19,957 bases of DNA from a bacterium (GTDB lineage: Bacteria > Muiribacteriota > UBA6191): assembly GCA_036339875.1 (NCBI GenBank), contig JAYZAC010000154.1:1-19957 (forward strand), read 5' to 3'. Positions 18,321 to 19,957 of the stretch are shown here, piece after piece; the first letter of the stretch is position 1, and each line of letters starts with the position of its first letter. The notes beneath the pieces were generated by a model, which made no database searches, had not been told where the DNA came from, and saw only the letters and a list, made by a program, of their open reading frames with translations. The position numbers were made by a program, and so were the translations under genes.

Positions 18321-18353
18321 AAAAAGCCACAGGAATACTTAATTCTTGTGGCT
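18321..18353 (-). terminator. Rho-independent terminator, probably for the 18541-19926 gene
   Basis: Minus strand AGCCACAAGAAT-TAAGT-ATTCCTGTGGCT followed by TTTTCTGTT. Confidence 0.65.
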
Positions 18354-18557
18354 AAGGTAATACCGGATAAGATAGAGGTAATATCAACCCAGTTTCGGCG
18401 TAATCCTGATGTTATCGCAGAGGTTTTAGAGAGAGCCGCAGGAATCTGTGAAAAATGTAAAACCACTGCTCCCTTTACAAGGGCGTCTGACGGTACACCA
18501 TACTTGGAGGTGCAGACGAATAAGATGAGAAAATTGTGCCTCAACTATCGCAGATAA
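18348..18557 (+). pseudogene. remnant of an McrA-like HNH endonuclease C-terminal domain
   Basis: FRRNPDVIAEVLERAAGICEKCKTTAPFTRASDGTPYLEV matches the McrA-type HNH lead-in. The HH...GGxD...N core is absent, and LCLNYRR replaces LCPNCHR. Confidence 0.8.
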
Positions 18558-19926
18558 CTGAACTCAAATTTAGAAATTCATAAGCATACTTTTCTTGAGC
18601 ATTATATTCCGATAAAAATACGACCTCAGAGGGTAAGAAACAAAGTCCTAATTGATGCCATGAACTAAAACAGAAATTATCAAATAGTTGTCGTGTGATT
18701 ATGAATAGCGGAATATAACCTTCACTCTCAGCTTTTACTCTGGCATCAAATAATATAGTTTTAGTTGCCTGAAATTGATCATAAGTAAATATTCTTGAAT
18801 CTGCTTTAGCACGATTTAAGAGTTCTGAAACCACGCGATCTTCAAATATAAATAGCTTAACTCTATCATCTATACTTTGCTTATCCGCAGCCGAGAATAG
18901 CTGCTCAGCGCATAGAGTGCCTAGTTCATCCAGTAACGTAGCCATTCCAATTTTATCCCGTTTATATTGCACATAAGTCTGTAATAAATTCAGCGGGTCA
19001 GGCAGGACTTTATAGAGTCTAACAAGGTATTTCATAATGTAGATCAAATTGGAATACAGAGAAGGTCTATCTGTTTCCATGTAAGCTACGATATCAGGTT
19101 CGCTTCCTTTAATATTTTTTAGTAAATATTCTACGCTTTCTACATTGATGAATGCTTCCGGATTTTTATGAAATGTTTCATTAAAAAAATGAACCAAGTT
19201 GAGACCAGATTTAGCTGGATCTTCGATGCTCAATAAATCAAGCTGAAATTGTTTTAAACCACGCAAATAAAACTCGCAGTGGCCATCGATTAATCGATCA
19301 TCATCTATCTGCCTGAAAATAACGGGAATGTTTCTTTGTTCAAGCCAATTTGAAGTTACCATTTGTAGAATAAGTATCACATTGATTGGAAAATCTTTAG
19401 AATTAATAGATTTTGATAAGCGCACGTGATCAGGATAATAAAAACCTGGTAAACCCTTGGGATTAATCTTAGGCGCTTCAGGTTTCTCTATTGCGACATC
19501 TCTACCCCAAGTATAACCGTCGTAATCTAGTTCATACTTGTGCGCCATTGCTAGTGGTACAGAATTACAAATTATTTCTTTTGCCCAAGCTTGACCGGCA
19601 ATATCTTTGCCATCTTTTATAGACTGAGCAAGATGTAAAGCCATTGACTTGTAATGATCTTCTGGAATTTCATCATTCAAATTCAAGTTACTAAACAAAT
19701 TTTCAACCAGAATATTAGCTCTATGCACTGTAATTCCATTTTTACGAGCCACTTCTAATGCAATCTTAGAATTACCGCCTTGGCTCTTGTGAACCAGAAC
19801 CGGTGCACTGTCTGCACCACGCTCATACTTGAAACCAAGTAAACCAATATCATTATTGTAAAGCAGAATTTCAGTATTTTGGAGTTTTAGAGACTCCAGA
19901 GCTGCCTTCCTTAAATTCACTCTCAT
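18541..19926 (-). CDS. soluble protein with N-terminal FlhB/EscU cytoplasmic-domain-like region and C-terminal FlhA/EscV cytoplasmic-domain-like region
   Basis: aa ~15-102 read FKYERGADSAPVLVHK...ARKNGI...NDEIPEDHYKSMALHLA (FlhB C-domain pattern). aa ~165-455 read FNETFHKNPEAFINVESVEYLLKNIKGSEPDIV...MKYLV...DPLNLLQT...GYIPLFII...VFLSEY (FlhA C-domain pattern). No transmembrane segments are evident. Confidence 0.7.
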   Translation of the reverse strand: MRVNLRKAALESLKLQNTEILLYNNDIGLLGFKYERGADSAPVLVHKSQGGNSKIALEVARKNGITVHRANILVENLFSNLNLNDEIPEDHYKSMALHLAQSIKDGKDIAGQAWAKEIICNSVPLAMAHKYELDYDGYTWGRDVAIEKPEAPKINPKGLPGFYYPDHVRLSKSINSKDFPINVILILQMVTSNWLEQRNIPVIFRQIDDDRLIDGHCEFYLRGLKQFQLDLLSIEDPAKSGLNLVHFFNETFHKNPEAFINVESVEYLLKNIKGSEPDIVAYMETDRPSLYSNLIYIMKYLVRLYKVLPDPLNLLQTYVQYKRDKIGMATLLDELGTLCAEQLFSAADKQSIDDRVKLFIFEDRVVSELLNRAKADSRIFTYDQFQATKTILFDARVKAESEGYIPLFIITRQLFDNFCFSSWHQLGLCFLPSEVVFLSEYNAQEKYAYEFLNLSSVICDS

Positions 19927-19957
19927 AGGTTTACATAATAATGCAGATAGAGATTAT

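Noticed and set aside
18314..18544. 76-aa minus-strand ORF coupled by ATGA to the FlhB/FlhA-like gene
   Set aside because: It is the antisense of the HNH relic and runs through the terminator hairpin. Incidental translation cannot be excluded, but there is no evidence of a real protein.

Overview
AT-rich, gene-dense bacterial chromosomal window with no rRNA, tRNA, CRISPR array or intact mobile element. It contains a degenerate HD-GYP-like protein and a queE-queD-queC preQ0 (queuosine precursor) operon whose QueD appears to be a three-repeat T-fold fusion. It also carries a large tandem-GAF/class III cyclase/HEAT-repeat protein, a VC0807-like membrane protein, a CDF metal transporter, several exported or TPR hypothetical proteins, an ATP10-like thioredoxin-fold protein, a DUF808 + YadG/YadH-type ABC operon, a DUF5995-like protein and a decayed McrA-type HNH nuclease. 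The last gene encodes a soluble protein that looks like the cytoplasmic domain of FlhB fused to the cytoplasmic domain of FlhA. The most notable signals are that FlhB(C)-FlhA(C) fusion, the triple-domain QueD, six apparently leaderless genes (-10 box 6-8 nt before ATG) and a probable CTG start codon that adds a signal peptide to a TPR protein. All family calls are by-eye motif recognition; no searches were run.
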